Part shown: positions 7,995 to 18,965 of the stretch, in pieces | How positions within the stretch are numbered: the first letter of the stretch is position 1 | Layout of the letters: each line of letters opens with the position of its first letter | Source of the DNA: a virus | IMG/VR virus record: IMGVR_UViG_3300030380_005342 | Location: 1-64,000 of that record | Direction: 5' to 3' (one strand) | Length of the DNA stretch: 64,000 bases | Position numbers and translations under genes: made by a program | The notes under the pieces: generated by a model | The model's input: only the letters and a program-made list of their open reading frames with translations | What the model was told of the DNA's origin: nothing | Databases searched by the model: none

Positions 7995-9504
7995 TACTTC
8001 AAACTTGAATCGTAAATCTTATGAGAAGAAAGATGATGTTGTAATCAACTCAATTTATCTTTACACACCAGACACTCTTATTGAACTGGATAGTGGCGAC
8101 TTCGTAAAAGAATTAATCATTTATGAAAATATGATTGACTGTTTTCAAACTGGTCTTTTAGTTTTGACAGACAATAATAGACTCTCTGAGATAATTGATT
8201 TTACGGAAGCCTGCTATGTGGTTGTAAGTTATAGAACACCCTTGCCAAGACGAATGCAAAATGGTATGGGCGGCTTTGTTGATGAAAAACTTATCGAGAC
8301 ACCAGCCACCGTAGTGTTCAAGGTATACGAAACTGTATCAAAAACAAGAGGAACAAAACAAACGGCACAGTTTGAGGCATTACACCTTGTAAGTCCATCT
8401 TTATTTTTAAATGACATCAGTGTAAAGAGTCAGTCGGTTCGTGGAAATGCAATTGATATTATTAAAAATCTTGCGAGCAATTATTTTTATGACAGGAGTG
8501 GAGGAGACTCAACATCTGGAAAGGCTATGGTCACGACAAGTCTGCCAAACTTTAAGGAAATTTCTCTAGAGAGACTGCCCGCAGACAAAGCGTTGACAAT
8601 GATTGATGATAATTATGACTTCCTAAAGGTCACGGGCAAAACAACTGAAGAGTTAAAAATTGCATTTCCGTTTTCTAGGGCTTTGTATAAAATTAAAGAG
8701 ATCGCACATGATCTTGAAACAAGCAATGGAAAACAAGGCTATGTGTTTTGGGAAACACACACAGGTTTCAAATTAGCCCCCAGACAATATTTGTATGAGC
8801 AAAAACCATTGATGCTTTTAACAAAAAGTCAAGTCGATGCACAATACAATTCGCAATACAACCCCGGACCAATTATGAACATTTACGACATGGATGATTT
8901 CGAAATTGGTGGCTCACATAAAAGATCGATGCAAATCCGAGATGGTGCTTTTCAGTCAACAATGTACGTTTATGATATTACAAATAAGACTTACTATAAA
9001 AGTAACTTTTCATACAATAGGGGATATGTGGGAAATATCAGCGGTAGATACCCTGTCATCAATCCTAACAAAATTTCTCCAAGATTCACTGAGGTGAGTG
9101 ATGGGGTGCATAAAGTTTTTACAAAAGACATAGCCTCGGGTAGATTTAATAAGTCAAGGTTTAGTGGAGAAATTGATGAACGGAACTTCGGACACGCGGA
9201 TGTTCAACAACTGGTTCATAGTGAGAAGGCATTATCCATGGATACTTACATGGAAGTAAACACTTCTGGTATGCATTTTATTGAAGCCGGTAATACTGTG
9301 CAAATTCTTATACCACCTGCGACTGCCTCTCAAGATAATTCTTCCGACAAGCAGTTATCAACCACATACTTGGTTGACTCGGTTACACATGTCATTGACT
9401 TTATTACAAAAAGTCATAGAATGAAACTTGGTTTAAGTAAAAATTTCAAAACAACTGAATCTTCAACAGTTCAGTTACAACCAAGTGAGGGAGTGGGTGC
9501 TTAA
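7987..9504 (+). CDS. Putative baseplate hub protein (gp27-like)
   Basis: IYEN...TG.L.L.D, Y.FWET..GF, G.TV.I..P, LS..YLV..V.H; lies between gp53 and gp5. Confidence 0.6.
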   Translation: MSDTSNLNRKSYEKKDDVVINSIYLYTPDTLIELDSGDFVKELIIYENMIDCFQTGLLVLTDNNRLSEIIDFTEACYVVVSYRTPLPRRMQNGMGGFVDEKLIETPATVVFKVYETVSKTRGTKQTAQFEALHLVSPSLFLNDISVKSQSVRGNAIDIIKNLASNYFYDRSGGDSTSGKAMVTTSLPNFKEISLERLPADKALTMIDDNYDFLKVTGKTTEELKIAFPFSRALYKIKEIAHDLETSNGKQGYVFWETHTGFKLAPRQYLYEQKPLMLLTKSQVDAQYNSQYNPGPIMNIYDMDDFEIGGSHKRSMQIRDGAFQSTMYVYDITNKTYYKSNFSYNRGYVGNISGRYPVINPNKISPRFTEVSDGVHKVFTKDIASGRFNKSRFSGEIDERNFGHADVQQLVHSEKALSMDTYMEVNTSGMHFIEAGNTVQILIPPATASQDNSSDKQLSTTYLVDSVTHVIDFITKSHRMKLGLSKNFKTTESSTVQLQPSEGVGA

Positions 9505-10400
9505 TGTTAAATGAATTTCATTGGTGGCAAGGTGTGGTAGAAGATAGGAACGACCCTAAACAATTGGGTAGAGTACGAGTTCGTTGTCTTGGATATCATA
9601 CAGAAAATAAAGTTGATCTTCCAACACAAGACTTACCTTGGGCGCATCCAGTTCAGCCAATTACATCGGCAGCGATGAATGGTATCGGCACGACACCTCT
9701 TGGGCTTGTTGAAGGCACATGGGTTTTTGGATTTTTCAGAGATGGTGAGAACGCACAACTGCCAGTAATTTTAGGATCAATTGGTGGTGAGAGTGTTCCT
9801 CTGAATGATGATGATAGTGGTTTTAGAGATCCAACCGGAAAGTATCCTTTGAAAGAGGGTCCAAACGTTTTCTCTGATACAAACACTTTAGCGTCAGGTG
9901 ATAGTGGTTTGCCAATTATCAACAGACAACAAAATCTTGATGAGATGGCTCAACATCTTGGGTCGATGTTTACATTTGCATCAATCTCTGAGCCTGCACC
10001 AAGATATGACGCTGAGTATCCATTCAATCATGTAAGGTTCACGGAAAGTGGTCACGTTCAAGAGTTTGATGACACTCCCGGTGCGGAAAGAATACACACT
10101 CAACACAGAAGCGGAACTTTTGAGGAGTTTGGACCTGATGGCGAAAGAGTATTAAAAGTTGTAAATAGAAACTATACAGCGATTCTAGGTGATGACGATG
10201 TTCACATCAAGGGTAATGCAAACGTACAAGTTGATGGTGACACAAGTTTAATTTTAAACGGTAACGTTCGACTAACTGCATCAGATGATTTGTCCATTTC
10301 TGTGCTGGGTGATTTTGATTTGAATGCTTTGGGTAAAATAAATATTACTGGACTAAGCACTTCGATTCGTGGTTTTCCGATCAAGTTGAATAGTGATTAA
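9504..10400 (+). CDS. gp5: Baseplate central spike gp5 (OB fold + beta-helix, no lysozyme domain)
   Basis: WWQGVVEDRNDP..LGRVRVRC.G.H, LPWA, G.WVFGFF.DG..AQ.P, YPFNHV..TESGH..EFDDTPG.ERI. Confidence 0.93.
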   Translation: MLNEFHWWQGVVEDRNDPKQLGRVRVRCLGYHTENKVDLPTQDLPWAHPVQPITSAAMNGIGTTPLGLVEGTWVFGFFRDGENAQLPVILGSIGGESVPLNDDDSGFRDPTGKYPLKEGPNVFSDTNTLASGDSGLPIINRQQNLDEMAQHLGSMFTFASISEPAPRYDAEYPFNHVRFTESGHVQEFDDTPGAERIHTQHRSGTFEEFGPDGERVLKVVNRNYTAILGDDDVHIKGNANVQVDGDTSLILNGNVRLTASDDLSISVLGDFDLNALGKINITGLSTSIRGFPIKLNSD

Positions 10401-10411
10401 GGAGTTTTTGT

Positions 10412-11059
10412 ATGCCTACTTTTCAAAATGTGGTTGATCTTACAGCGAACGGTGAACGCTCCATCAAAATAATTTTAGCGAAAGGCTTTGATTTTTTTGA
10501 ATTCAAAGATGAGCCTGAATATTCTGTTTACACATCCTTTCCAAATAAAACCGCAAGATATCACTTTATCGAAATGATCACACAAGGTGGTCATGGTATC
10601 AATAGACCGATGACAAACGCAGAAATCAACAAAGTTCATCCTGACTTAACAAATGATGAAATAGAAAATCTTCGCTCCTTTTATGAAAGTAACAAAGAAA
10701 GAAGACCCTTCAAATTTAATCTTGAGTCCACCAGACCACTAACAGATCAAAGTGTTTTGGACGAAGCAAATAATATCGAAAATGATTTTGTAAAGTATTT
10801 CAAAACAACTCGACCAATCATCGAGCCAAGCGGCATTACTTTTGAAAACTCAATCAATTCAGGAACAGCGATAACCACTGATAATATTTTAAGTGGTATC
10901 CGTGGGTCAAATCAAACAGACGCAAAATTTGTTGGCAACTTCGTGCCTCCGGTTGCAAACATCGGACAATATTGGTTGAACACTGGCTCGGGAAGATTGT
11001 TTGTTTATCTTTCTGACGGAAGCACAAGCGGAGTGACATCCGCATGGGTGGAAATCTGA
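10412..11059 (+). CDS. Hypothetical virion-associated protein
   Basis: 215 aa with SD AGGAG; C-terminal P...G..W.NT..G.L.VY..DG...WV motif seen in phage fibre proteins. Confidence 0.55.
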   Translation: MPTFQNVVDLTANGERSIKIILAKGFDFFEFKDEPEYSVYTSFPNKTARYHFIEMITQGGHGINRPMTNAEINKVHPDLTNDEIENLRSFYESNKERRPFKFNLESTRPLTDQSVLDEANNIENDFVKYFKTTRPIIEPSGITFENSINSGTAITTDNILSGIRGSNQTDAKFVGNFVPPVANIGQYWLNTGSGRLFVYLSDGSTSGVTSAWVEI

Positions 11060-11343
11060 TGGCTTTATTTGCTGCTACGGTTGATACTAATGTAATCGGC
11101 AAGGAGGGCATTGGTAAAATATTTACTGGTGAACTCTCAGTTTTGATTGAGGGCAAGCCAGCCTCAAGACTTAGTTCAATGGTTTCACCATATCCACCCG
11201 AAAAAGTTATTAGTGAAATAATCACGGGATCACAATCAGTCTTAGTTGGAGGATTAAATATGACAAGAGGTACAGATATTAATAATTTACTCGATAAGGT
11301 GGATAACACCACATGTGCTACTTCGGTTGTGGTGGGACCATGA
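11059..11343 (+). CDS. PAAR-like spike tip protein (gp5.4-like)
   Basis: V.IEGKPASR, I.TGS.SVLVGG, C..SV.VG. TGATG overlap suggests start at 11059 (ORF track 11044). Confidence 0.7.
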   Translation: MALFAATVDTNVIGKEGIGKIFTGELSVLIEGKPASRLSSMVSPYPPEKVISEIITGSQSVLVGGLNMTRGTDINNLLDKVDNTTCATSVVVGP

Positions 11344-12224
11344 GTGCTTTTCCAGAGGGTATCAATATTGCTCCACTCATCAATCAGGATTTTATAGATC
11401 TTTCAGGTTGTGATATTCCGGCACTTCCTATTTCAGACGAGGCTCTTGATATTATCAATAAAGCAATCTCTGGAGAACTTTTTATTAATCCAGTGCAAAA
11501 TGCTTTAAATGCTGTTGGTGCTGAGGTTGGAAAAATCATCACAGAAGTTGATAATGCAGTTGGATCAGTTTTTATGACACTGGATGGAACTCAACTCGGA
11601 ACTCCGATCCCCGGTGTGGATTTATCTTTATTTGGTGGTGAGAATCCAACAGCAGCACAATTTATCACAAGTCTATCAGATCGTGTGACTAATACGGCAA
11701 ACTTCATGCAAGAGCAGAGTGACATTCTTAGTGGTGTTTCTTTAACAAAAGATGGGTTTGACCAAAACGGTGGTGTCTCTGATATGCCCGGCATCTCTGC
11801 CATCCAATCTTTGGCTGCTGGTTTCAATAATACTGTAAATTCATTGTCAAACACTGATGAATTGCTTGACAATTATAGTCAATTTTTTGGTAGTGTCTTG
11901 GGTCCGGGTACAGATCTTACAAATGGTATCAACGCTGCACTTGAGGGTGATTTTAGAACCGCACTTAATCTTCTACCCAGAGACTCTAATGGAAATATTA
12001 ATTTTCTAAACGCCTCGACCCAAAATTTGCAAGATCTGGTTGATGCATATGATAATGTCATGGTGGCAAAAACCGCAGTGGAAGAACTGATCAATAATGA
12101 AAGAGCATTGGTATTGGCTGCGACAGAATATCTTGTCAAAGCAACTTTTGGGTTTTCAATTTTAGCGATGCTTGCCGATCCTTGTTTTGGAAAAATAGTC
12201 GCTGACAAGGTGTTCAATATCTGA
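11340..12224 (+). CDS. Hypothetical protein (helical) in baseplate cluster
   Basis: Long ORF with ATGA overlap to the PAAR stop (ORF track 11313). Confidence 0.6.
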   Translation: MSAFPEGINIAPLINQDFIDLSGCDIPALPISDEALDIINKAISGELFINPVQNALNAVGAEVGKIITEVDNAVGSVFMTLDGTQLGTPIPGVDLSLFGGENPTAAQFITSLSDRVTNTANFMQEQSDILSGVSLTKDGFDQNGGVSDMPGISAIQSLAAGFNNTVNSLSNTDELLDNYSQFFGSVLGPGTDLTNGINAALEGDFRTALNLLPRDSNGNINFLNASTQNLQDLVDAYDNVMVAKTAVEELINNERALVLAATEYLVKATFGFSILAMLADPCFGKIVADKVFNI

Positions 12225-12230
12225 TACATA
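12225..12230 (+). promoter_or_regulatory. Late promoter variant TACATA, 5 nt upstream of gp25 ATG
   Basis: TACATA-CAAAT-ATG, no SD. Confidence 0.5.
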
Positions 12231-12235
12231 CAAAT

Positions 12236-12616
12236 ATGAGTAGGTTTACAGATTTAGACATGGAGTTTGTTCGCAATCCCATAACGGGGGATGTGTCGGT
12301 AAAAACTGACGCACAGGCTGTGATTAGATCCATCAAAAATATTCTTCTTACCTCATCAGGTGAGAAAAAATTCAATCCAGACTTTGGCGGATCAATTCGT
12401 TCTTTACTATTTGACCAAGTTGATCCGATCACAACTGTAAAAATTACCGACTCGATTCGCAGGTCAATCAATTTGTATGAAAATAGAGCAGTTATTCTTG
12501 ATCTACTGGTCTATCCTGATGAAGCAAACAGTCGCTATGGAGTTAAGTTGACATTTAGATTAAAAAATGATCCACGACCAATTACCACCAGTTTCAAATT
12601 AGAGAGGCTTAGATAA
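12236..12616 (+). CDS. gp25: Baseplate wedge / sheath initiator gp25
   Basis: F.DLD..F..NP.TGD, A..RSIKNI.LT..GE..FNPDFG, I..YE.R, LERLR. Confidence 0.95.
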   Translation: MSRFTDLDMEFVRNPITGDVSVKTDAQAVIRSIKNILLTSSGEKKFNPDFGGSIRSLLFDQVDPITTVKITDSIRRSINLYENRAVILDLLVYPDEANSRYGVKLTFRLKNDPRPITTSFKLERLR

Positions 12617-14574
12617 TGCCAGCAAAAAACCTTAGCGTCAACTCAGTAGATTTTGATGTTGTCAGACAAAACATCAAAACATATCTTTCAAATTCAGATA
12701 CGTTCACAGACTACGATTTTGAAGGATCAGCGATGTCAACTCTGATTGACACTTTGGCATACATCACATATTATCAAGGCATCTACAATAACTTTGCAGC
12801 AAACGAAATGTTTCTTGACACTGCGAAAAAAAGAGCGTCCGTGGTTTCTCATGCAAAGGCACTTGGTTACACTCCTAGATCCTACTCAGCACCTACAGCG
12901 TCCGTAAATGTGATTCTTGGATCGACTGCTGGTTACTCAAGCGTTCTTCCTGTTGGTAATATTTTTTCAACAACTGTAAATGGTAGAAATTACAATTTTG
13001 TAAACTTAGAAAGTGCAACTATTTCTCTCACTGCTGATAGTGGAGGAACCACACCTCACATTTCGAATCTCTCCGTCAAAGAGGGTGCTTTAAAAAGTAA
13101 AACTATTGTTGTGCCAAACAATGAAAATTATCAAAAAGTTGAGATTGATGATAAGTTTGTTGACACCACCACCATCAAAGTGACCGTTCAGGAGTCTGCA
13201 ACAGATACAAGTGGTATCACAAATTCTTGGGTGAAGGGTAATGATGCTATCTCTCTGACTGCCGGGAGTCGAGCATATTTTGTCGAGGAGGACTACAACG
13301 GAAACTACTCTGTAAACTTTGGTGACGGAGTTGTTGGTGTTACTCTTGCAGCAGGGAATGTTGTCACAGTTAGTTATCTTAGCACCAGCGGTCCTCTTGC
13401 AAATAACGTTGGCATTTTTGATTCTGATCTTGGAGTCAACTCTTTCAGATTTGCCAGCGGTAATACGGTGGATGTCGTAAGTCATGCATCAGGTGGTGCT
13501 TTACCACAAGGAATTGATAGCATTAGAAGATTAGCACCAAGGTCTTACTCCATGCAAAATAGGGCTGTGACAAGAGAAGATTTTAAAACTTTGATTGAGT
13601 CAAACTTTTCTGGGTTCTCTTCTGTTTTTGTCTACGGTGGTGAAGATGCCTCTCCCCCTCAGTATGGAAGTGTCATCATCTCTTTCAAGCCAGTGGCAAA
13701 CACGATTACAACAACTGATTTCAAAAATAATGTTGTGTCATTCCTCAAAGATAGATGTCCTGTGACGATCAATCCAGTTGTGATTGATCCTGAAATTACA
13801 TACGCTAGATTTAACACTCGCGTGGTTTACGATGTAAACAAAACTACACTTACCTCAAATTCTTTGTCTACTTTAGTGCGAAACACTTTATCTGTTTATG
13901 TTTTAGATAACACAGATGACTATGATACTTTCCTTGCGTCATCTGCAATAGAAAAAGATTTATCAGATAACATTGAATCAATAATCTCAGTAAATACCAA
14001 CATTGAAATGGAGCGAAGAATAACTCCTGTTTCTGATGTAGCACTAGACTACTCAATTGATTTTGCAAATCCAATCTTCCATCCCCATGATGGTCATGAA
14101 ATTGTAGTTAGTAGTGAAGATTTTTTATATCTTGATGGAAGTGAATTCAAAACTGTTAGAATCAGAGATGATGGTTTTGGTAATATTAATCTTTTTGAAA
14201 CTTCAGATTCATCTGATAATTTGGTAACTAATTTTGGAACAGTTGACTACTCAACTGGGGTAATTAGTCTTAACGTTGCACGACTCAACACAGTTGGTGC
14301 TTTAGGCACTATCAAAATTAGGGCTAAGTTTGGCGGAGATGTTTTGACCTCTGTTAGAGATAAAGTTATTGTTTATGATAATACGGATGCATTGGCAAAC
14401 GCTGTTAGCGTTCAGACACTTTCACAGGCTACATCTTACACACCAAGTCAAGTAAGTTCCTCATCGGGAACCAGCACAAGCACATCTTCAACGTCAACCT
14501 CATCAGCAAGCACATCATCATCCACAACTTCTAGTGGTGGTGGCGGAGGCGGTGGCGGTTATGGAGGTTATTGA
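12616..14574 (+). CDS. gp6: Baseplate wedge protein gp6
   Basis: DFD..., F.DYDFEGS....LID.LAY, NE.FLDTA..R.SVVSHAK.LGYTPRS, FGDGV.G, QNRAVT..D, GTVDY.TG. Confidence 0.95.
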   Translation: MPAKNLSVNSVDFDVVRQNIKTYLSNSDTFTDYDFEGSAMSTLIDTLAYITYYQGIYNNFAANEMFLDTAKKRASVVSHAKALGYTPRSYSAPTASVNVILGSTAGYSSVLPVGNIFSTTVNGRNYNFVNLESATISLTADSGGTTPHISNLSVKEGALKSKTIVVPNNENYQKVEIDDKFVDTTTIKVTVQESATDTSGITNSWVKGNDAISLTAGSRAYFVEEDYNGNYSVNFGDGVVGVTLAAGNVVTVSYLSTSGPLANNVGIFDSDLGVNSFRFASGNTVDVVSHASGGALPQGIDSIRRLAPRSYSMQNRAVTREDFKTLIESNFSGFSSVFVYGGEDASPPQYGSVIISFKPVANTITTTDFKNNVVSFLKDRCPVTINPVVIDPEITYARFNTRVVYDVNKTTLTSNSLSTLVRNTLSVYVLDNTDDYDTFLASSAIEKDLSDNIESIISVNTNIEMERRITPVSDVALDYSIDFANPIFHPHDGHEIVVSSEDFLYLDGSEFKTVRIRDDGFGNINLFETSDSSDNLVTNFGTVDYSTGVISLNVARLNTVGALGTIKIRAKFGGDVLTSVRDKVIVYDNTDALANAVSVQTLSQATSYTPSQVSSSSGTSTSTSSTSTSSASTSSSTTSSGGGGGGGGYGGY

Positions 14575-17018
14575 TGTCTAGTGGATTGAGTCTTGAAAAT
14601 GCAGGCATTCTTTTAGGTCTTGTTCAACCACCACCACTACAAGGTGTGGTTGAGGGTGACGGCATCACTCTCTCAGTGGACGAGAGAGTTTCGGTGTTGA
14701 TGAATGATGTGTTGCCAAGTTACATTAGTGAAGAATATCCGCTTTTTATTGAATTTTTAAAGACTTATTTTGAATGGGCTGAGGAGTTTGGAAATCCAAG
14801 AGCCGAGGCTGTTCGGATGGCGACATACATCGACATCGATCAAACTCTTTCAAACTTTCTAGACTTTTTCAAAAGCGAGTATCTTTACGGTTTCAATGAA
14901 GTAACATCTGGGATGTCCACTGAGAAGTTGGTGAAAATTGCAAAGGATTTGTATGGAAGAAAAGGTGACAGTGAGTCGATCAACTTTCTTTTCAAACTTG
15001 TCTTTGGTGTTGAGGCATCGGTATCGTATCCAAAAGATTTACTGTTAACACTCTCAGACTCCAATATTGATATTGAGAGAATACTGAAAACAACCAGAGT
15101 GAGTTTACCCGCAGACTTTGAAGGAGTTATTGGTGGTCGAGTAAGTCAAAAAATTACATCAAGATTTTCTGGAGAGATTTGCTCTGCCTTTATTGATGAT
15201 TTTGATTTAAGTCAAAATAATGGTTTGAAAACTTGCACTATTAAACTTAAAGATATTAGCGGAACGTTCATTCCTAATAAAGAAATAGAATTCTCAAAAG
15301 GCTCCACCACATTTTATGAAACTTGTTTACCATTAATTTCATCTGTGGATGTTGGACTGTCTGGATCTGGACACGCGATCAATGATACCATCTCGATCAC
15401 AGATTCATCAGGCAATTTAGTCGCAACTACTTTTGTCTCCGCAGTCGGACGAAGCGGTGATATTGAAAGCGTTGCTCCGATTGACTCAAGATCTATTTTT
15501 CTGGAAAGAGAAACTTACACTGCGACTATTAATACAAATGGCACTGGCTCCTCACTCGATGTGATTGGTAATAAAGCAGTCTCGCAAGATCGAAAGAAAT
15601 TTTTAAGTGATAAGTCTTTGCTGTCTTCTGAGTCTAGACTGCCCGACAACAACAAATACCAAACCCACTCTTACATTGTTCGGGCAGAAAAACAGTTGTC
15701 TGACTATGCAGATATTCTTAGAAAAGTTTGTCACCCCGCTGGCACTAAATTTTTCTCAGAGCATCTTATCAAGAGAACCTTCAACGCAACAACCTTTGAC
15801 TTTAGACCACCAGAAAGTGACGCTGATTACGAAATTATTGAAACTCTTGAAGGCACAGGTAATTTTCAACGTGGTGACACCATCAACCTGTTGCTGGCAA
15901 ATGGTAATGCGTCTGCCACAGCGGAGGTCGTTCGGTTTACGCCCAGTGGCATCTCTCTTCCAGATCCTTTCACTTTTGGCACAGTTTCTTTGCTTTTTTC
16001 GAGTGGTGTCAGTGCAGCAGCAACAAAGATTAAATCCACAAGAGGATTATTCAACATTAGTGCCACGGCTGGTGCAAAATATAGTTCAATCACAAATGAT
16101 AATCTTGTAGTAAATGCAAAGATTGGTAACTACACTCCAGCCACATTTAACATGACCGCTGACTTTCGTGGTGAAACTTATGGTACAACCTTTGCGGACT
16201 ACTATCCAACCGGATATAACGGACTTACACTTGCATCTCTTGGAACATTTTCATCAGGTTCCGCTGTAACCCATGATCCAAAAACTGCTGGCTTCACACC
16301 CGGAGCGATGGGTAGCATATCCGCTGGCACTTTGAACCCAGAGGCATATGGTTTCACCTTTGATGGTGTGACAGCAGGCACTACCCTTGTAGGTTACACG
16401 GTAGAAAACATTGACCAATTAGTAATGATTGGTGGCACTGACTCTACCACGGCAGATCATTGGAATATTTACAGACATCCAAAAAATCTTGTTAACGGTA
16501 TTACAAGTAGCATTCAAACGCTAAGAAGAATTAGATTCTTTACAGAAACAACGGTGGGTGTGAGCGGATCTCTTACCGCAGGATTCACAATTGGTAATAC
16601 TGTCGTTCAACGCGACACAAACATGACAACTGCAATCGGAACAATCGTTGGTTCAACAATCGCTCAACTTTCCACAATCTCTAGTTCTAATTTATCCAGC
16701 GTTGCGAGTATTGAATCATCTGCAACTGGTGGATTTGGACTTGAACTTAGTTCACCATCAGTAAGTGTCTCTGCACAAGACACCAGTGGTGTCACGTTTA
16801 GTGAGACAATAGCAATTGACGTTATCAGTGGCGAATTTACAAATGAATATAATCAAACTGGTGCAAAAATTAAAATGATTGCACTTGAAAGTGGGGCTGA
16901 GAGATTTATCGCGGGGACTGGCGGCATTAACTTTATTAGTGATACATCGGTGACCACAGACATTGCTATGCAACACATAAATATTCAAGACTTCACAGAT
17001 AACATGAGAACCAAATAA
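14574..17018 (+). CDS. gp7: Baseplate wedge protein gp7-like
   Basis: P.Y..EEYP.F.EFLK.Y.EW, LY..KG...S..FLF...FG, YPK, YQ.HSY, HPAGTKFF; between gp6 and gp8. Confidence 0.8.
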   Translation: MSSGLSLENAGILLGLVQPPPLQGVVEGDGITLSVDERVSVLMNDVLPSYISEEYPLFIEFLKTYFEWAEEFGNPRAEAVRMATYIDIDQTLSNFLDFFKSEYLYGFNEVTSGMSTEKLVKIAKDLYGRKGDSESINFLFKLVFGVEASVSYPKDLLLTLSDSNIDIERILKTTRVSLPADFEGVIGGRVSQKITSRFSGEICSAFIDDFDLSQNNGLKTCTIKLKDISGTFIPNKEIEFSKGSTTFYETCLPLISSVDVGLSGSGHAINDTISITDSSGNLVATTFVSAVGRSGDIESVAPIDSRSIFLERETYTATINTNGTGSSLDVIGNKAVSQDRKKFLSDKSLLSSESRLPDNNKYQTHSYIVRAEKQLSDYADILRKVCHPAGTKFFSEHLIKRTFNATTFDFRPPESDADYEIIETLEGTGNFQRGDTINLLLANGNASATAEVVRFTPSGISLPDPFTFGTVSLLFSSGVSAAATKIKSTRGLFNISATAGAKYSSITNDNLVVNAKIGNYTPATFNMTADFRGETYGTTFADYYPTGYNGLTLASLGTFSSGSAVTHDPKTAGFTPGAMGSISAGTLNPEAYGFTFDGVTAGTTLVGYTVENIDQLVMIGGTDSTTADHWNIYRHPKNLVNGITSSIQTLRRIRFFTETTVGVSGSLTAGFTIGNTVVQRDTNMTTAIGTIVGSTIAQLSTISSSNLSSVASIESSATGGFGLELSSPSVSVSAQDTSGVTFSETIAIDVISGEFTNEYNQTGAKIKMIALESGAERFIAGTGGINFISDTSVTTDIAMQHINIQDFTDNMRTK

Positions 17019-17027
17019 GGAGAGCAA

Positions 17028-18956
17028 ATGGCTACCGTTACAATTGACCAACAATTCAAAACTGATCTGGCAAAAAGATATGTAAAATCTTTTGATGCTT
17101 TCAGAGATGAAAACTCCTTTATTTTTATTGGTAGAGTTCTCGGTGATGCTCAGTCTACAAGAACAGAGCAGAATGATGATGCAACAAGAAAGAATATTTT
17201 GTTTGCAAAATTGATCACCCCCGATGACGTTTCTCTTTTAATTCCTAGAGTCAACTGGACGAGCGGAACTTCATATGATGAATACGACCCGTCCTTAGAT
17301 ATGACTACAAAAAACTATTATGTTTACAATGAGGCAAACTCTAGTGTGTACGTTTGTTTCAAGAAGGGAGAGGGATCTTCCGTAAATATTCCTAATACAA
17401 CTGCACCCGATCCAGAAGTTTTTTCTGATGGATATGAGTGGAGATATATTTTTACGGTCAGTAGTGCAAATCAAAAATTTATTGACGATGATTACATTCC
17501 GATTGAAACATTACCATACTATTCTGGACTTGTCACAGCGTACGGGGAGTCGGCTAAACAAAGTCAATACTTTTCACAATATGCGGCAATCACTGATGCT
17601 TTGAATGGGACGATTAGATCCGTAGGTATCACTGGAACAAACACTGCTGTTTATGGTAAATCAATTCTTTCAAATCCAGATAGAACTTTACTTTCTGCTG
17701 GTAAAACGAGTGCTGTTCTTGGTGGCGGTATTGCAAATGCGTCTGATGATTATTATAACGGCTACGCTGTGCGATTTGTTGACGGAAACGCTATTGGAAT
17801 TGTCGCAGAAATCACAGATTACGTTGGTGCTGATAACCAAATCATTTATGGTTCTATCACAGGTGCTACACCTGATGTTGGTGACAAATATGAAATTTTA
17901 CCTTTAGTAGATTTTACTGGTGATGGTAGTGGTGCGACAGCATATGTTGAAGTGAATACAGATTTTACAGCAAGAGAGGTTGTCGTAACAGATGTTGGTT
18001 CTAACTACTCCAACGTCACAGCAGTAATTGGGACGGCAAAAGATTCTGGAACCGCTCCAACACTCGCACCAAGAATTTTCGATGCTTTAGGAAAAGATCC
18101 CGTAAGTGAGTTGCTCCCTGTTAATGTTAAACTTCGCGTGAAAATTGAGGGTGATGAAAACGCAAATGCAATGATTGGAAATGATTATAATGAAGTTGGT
18201 ATTTGGGGATCACCCTCGGTTGGTATTAGTTACTCAAATACTGGACTGAGTGCAGGTTTTGATAATTTTACTAGCACAGTGGTTGACGTTAAACCTGCAT
18301 CCGGGCAATTGTCAAAAACTTTTGTATCCGATTTTAGTAATGACTTTATTTTCGGTAACACTAACAACTCGTTTGGTCGAGTCATAAGTGTGCGAAGAGA
18401 TGGCGAGTCATCGGGTACGTTAACAATCAAAAATATCAAAGGATGTTCTGGTGGATTTACCACTGACGAAGTAATTCAAAATCTTCAAACAGTTGGATCA
18501 ACTTTAGCATCGCAGGGTGGTAACTTGAAACATGTTCGAACAAGAACTTTAGATAGTTCTTTGACAGTGATCAAGTCTGATTGGAGATGCACACACGAAA
18601 TTGGAATTTCATATAACAATTCCACAGGAAATTCACTTCCTCTTATCGATACTTCTATCACTGGTGCTAGTTTATCCACGGGAACAATTTCGGAAGTTCG
18701 ACTTCACCCATCAGCAGCAAACGGGGCAACAATGTATGTCACTAATGTTCAAAAAGGATTCGGTTCTGGAACCTTATCTTTCACTCCCTCAGAAATTGTG
18801 ACTTGTGGGGGCAATGTTGGTGGAGTCACTGTTCAGAATATTTCTGGACCGGAATTAGATTTAAATTCAGGTAATTTGTTATACATAGATGGTATAACCG
18901 CTGTGTCTCGCAACCAAAGTTCAGACGATGTTGTTGAGTTAGTAATTGAGTTCTAA
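17028..18956 (+). CDS. gp8: Baseplate wedge protein gp8-like
   Basis: FIFIGR, K.I...DV...IPR.NW.SG..YD.Y, VY.C, DGY.W.Y, SG.LLYI, V.LVIEF. Confidence 0.85.
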   Translation: MATVTIDQQFKTDLAKRYVKSFDAFRDENSFIFIGRVLGDAQSTRTEQNDDATRKNILFAKLITPDDVSLLIPRVNWTSGTSYDEYDPSLDMTTKNYYVYNEANSSVYVCFKKGEGSSVNIPNTTAPDPEVFSDGYEWRYIFTVSSANQKFIDDDYIPIETLPYYSGLVTAYGESAKQSQYFSQYAAITDALNGTIRSVGITGTNTAVYGKSILSNPDRTLLSAGKTSAVLGGGIANASDDYYNGYAVRFVDGNAIGIVAEITDYVGADNQIIYGSITGATPDVGDKYEILPLVDFTGDGSGATAYVEVNTDFTAREVVVTDVGSNYSNVTAVIGTAKDSGTAPTLAPRIFDALGKDPVSELLPVNVKLRVKIEGDENANAMIGNDYNEVGIWGSPSVGISYSNTGLSAGFDNFTSTVVDVKPASGQLSKTFVSDFSNDFIFGNTNNSFGRVISVRRDGESSGTLTIKNIKGCSGGFTTDEVIQNLQTVGSTLASQGGNLKHVRTRTLDSSLTVIKSDWRCTHEIGISYNNSTGNSLPLIDTSITGASLSTGTISEVRLHPSAANGATMYVTNVQKGFGSGTLSFTPSEIVTCGGNVGGVTVQNISGPELDLNSGNLLYIDGITAVSRNQSSDDVVELVIEF

Positions 18957-18965
18957 GGAGTAAAC

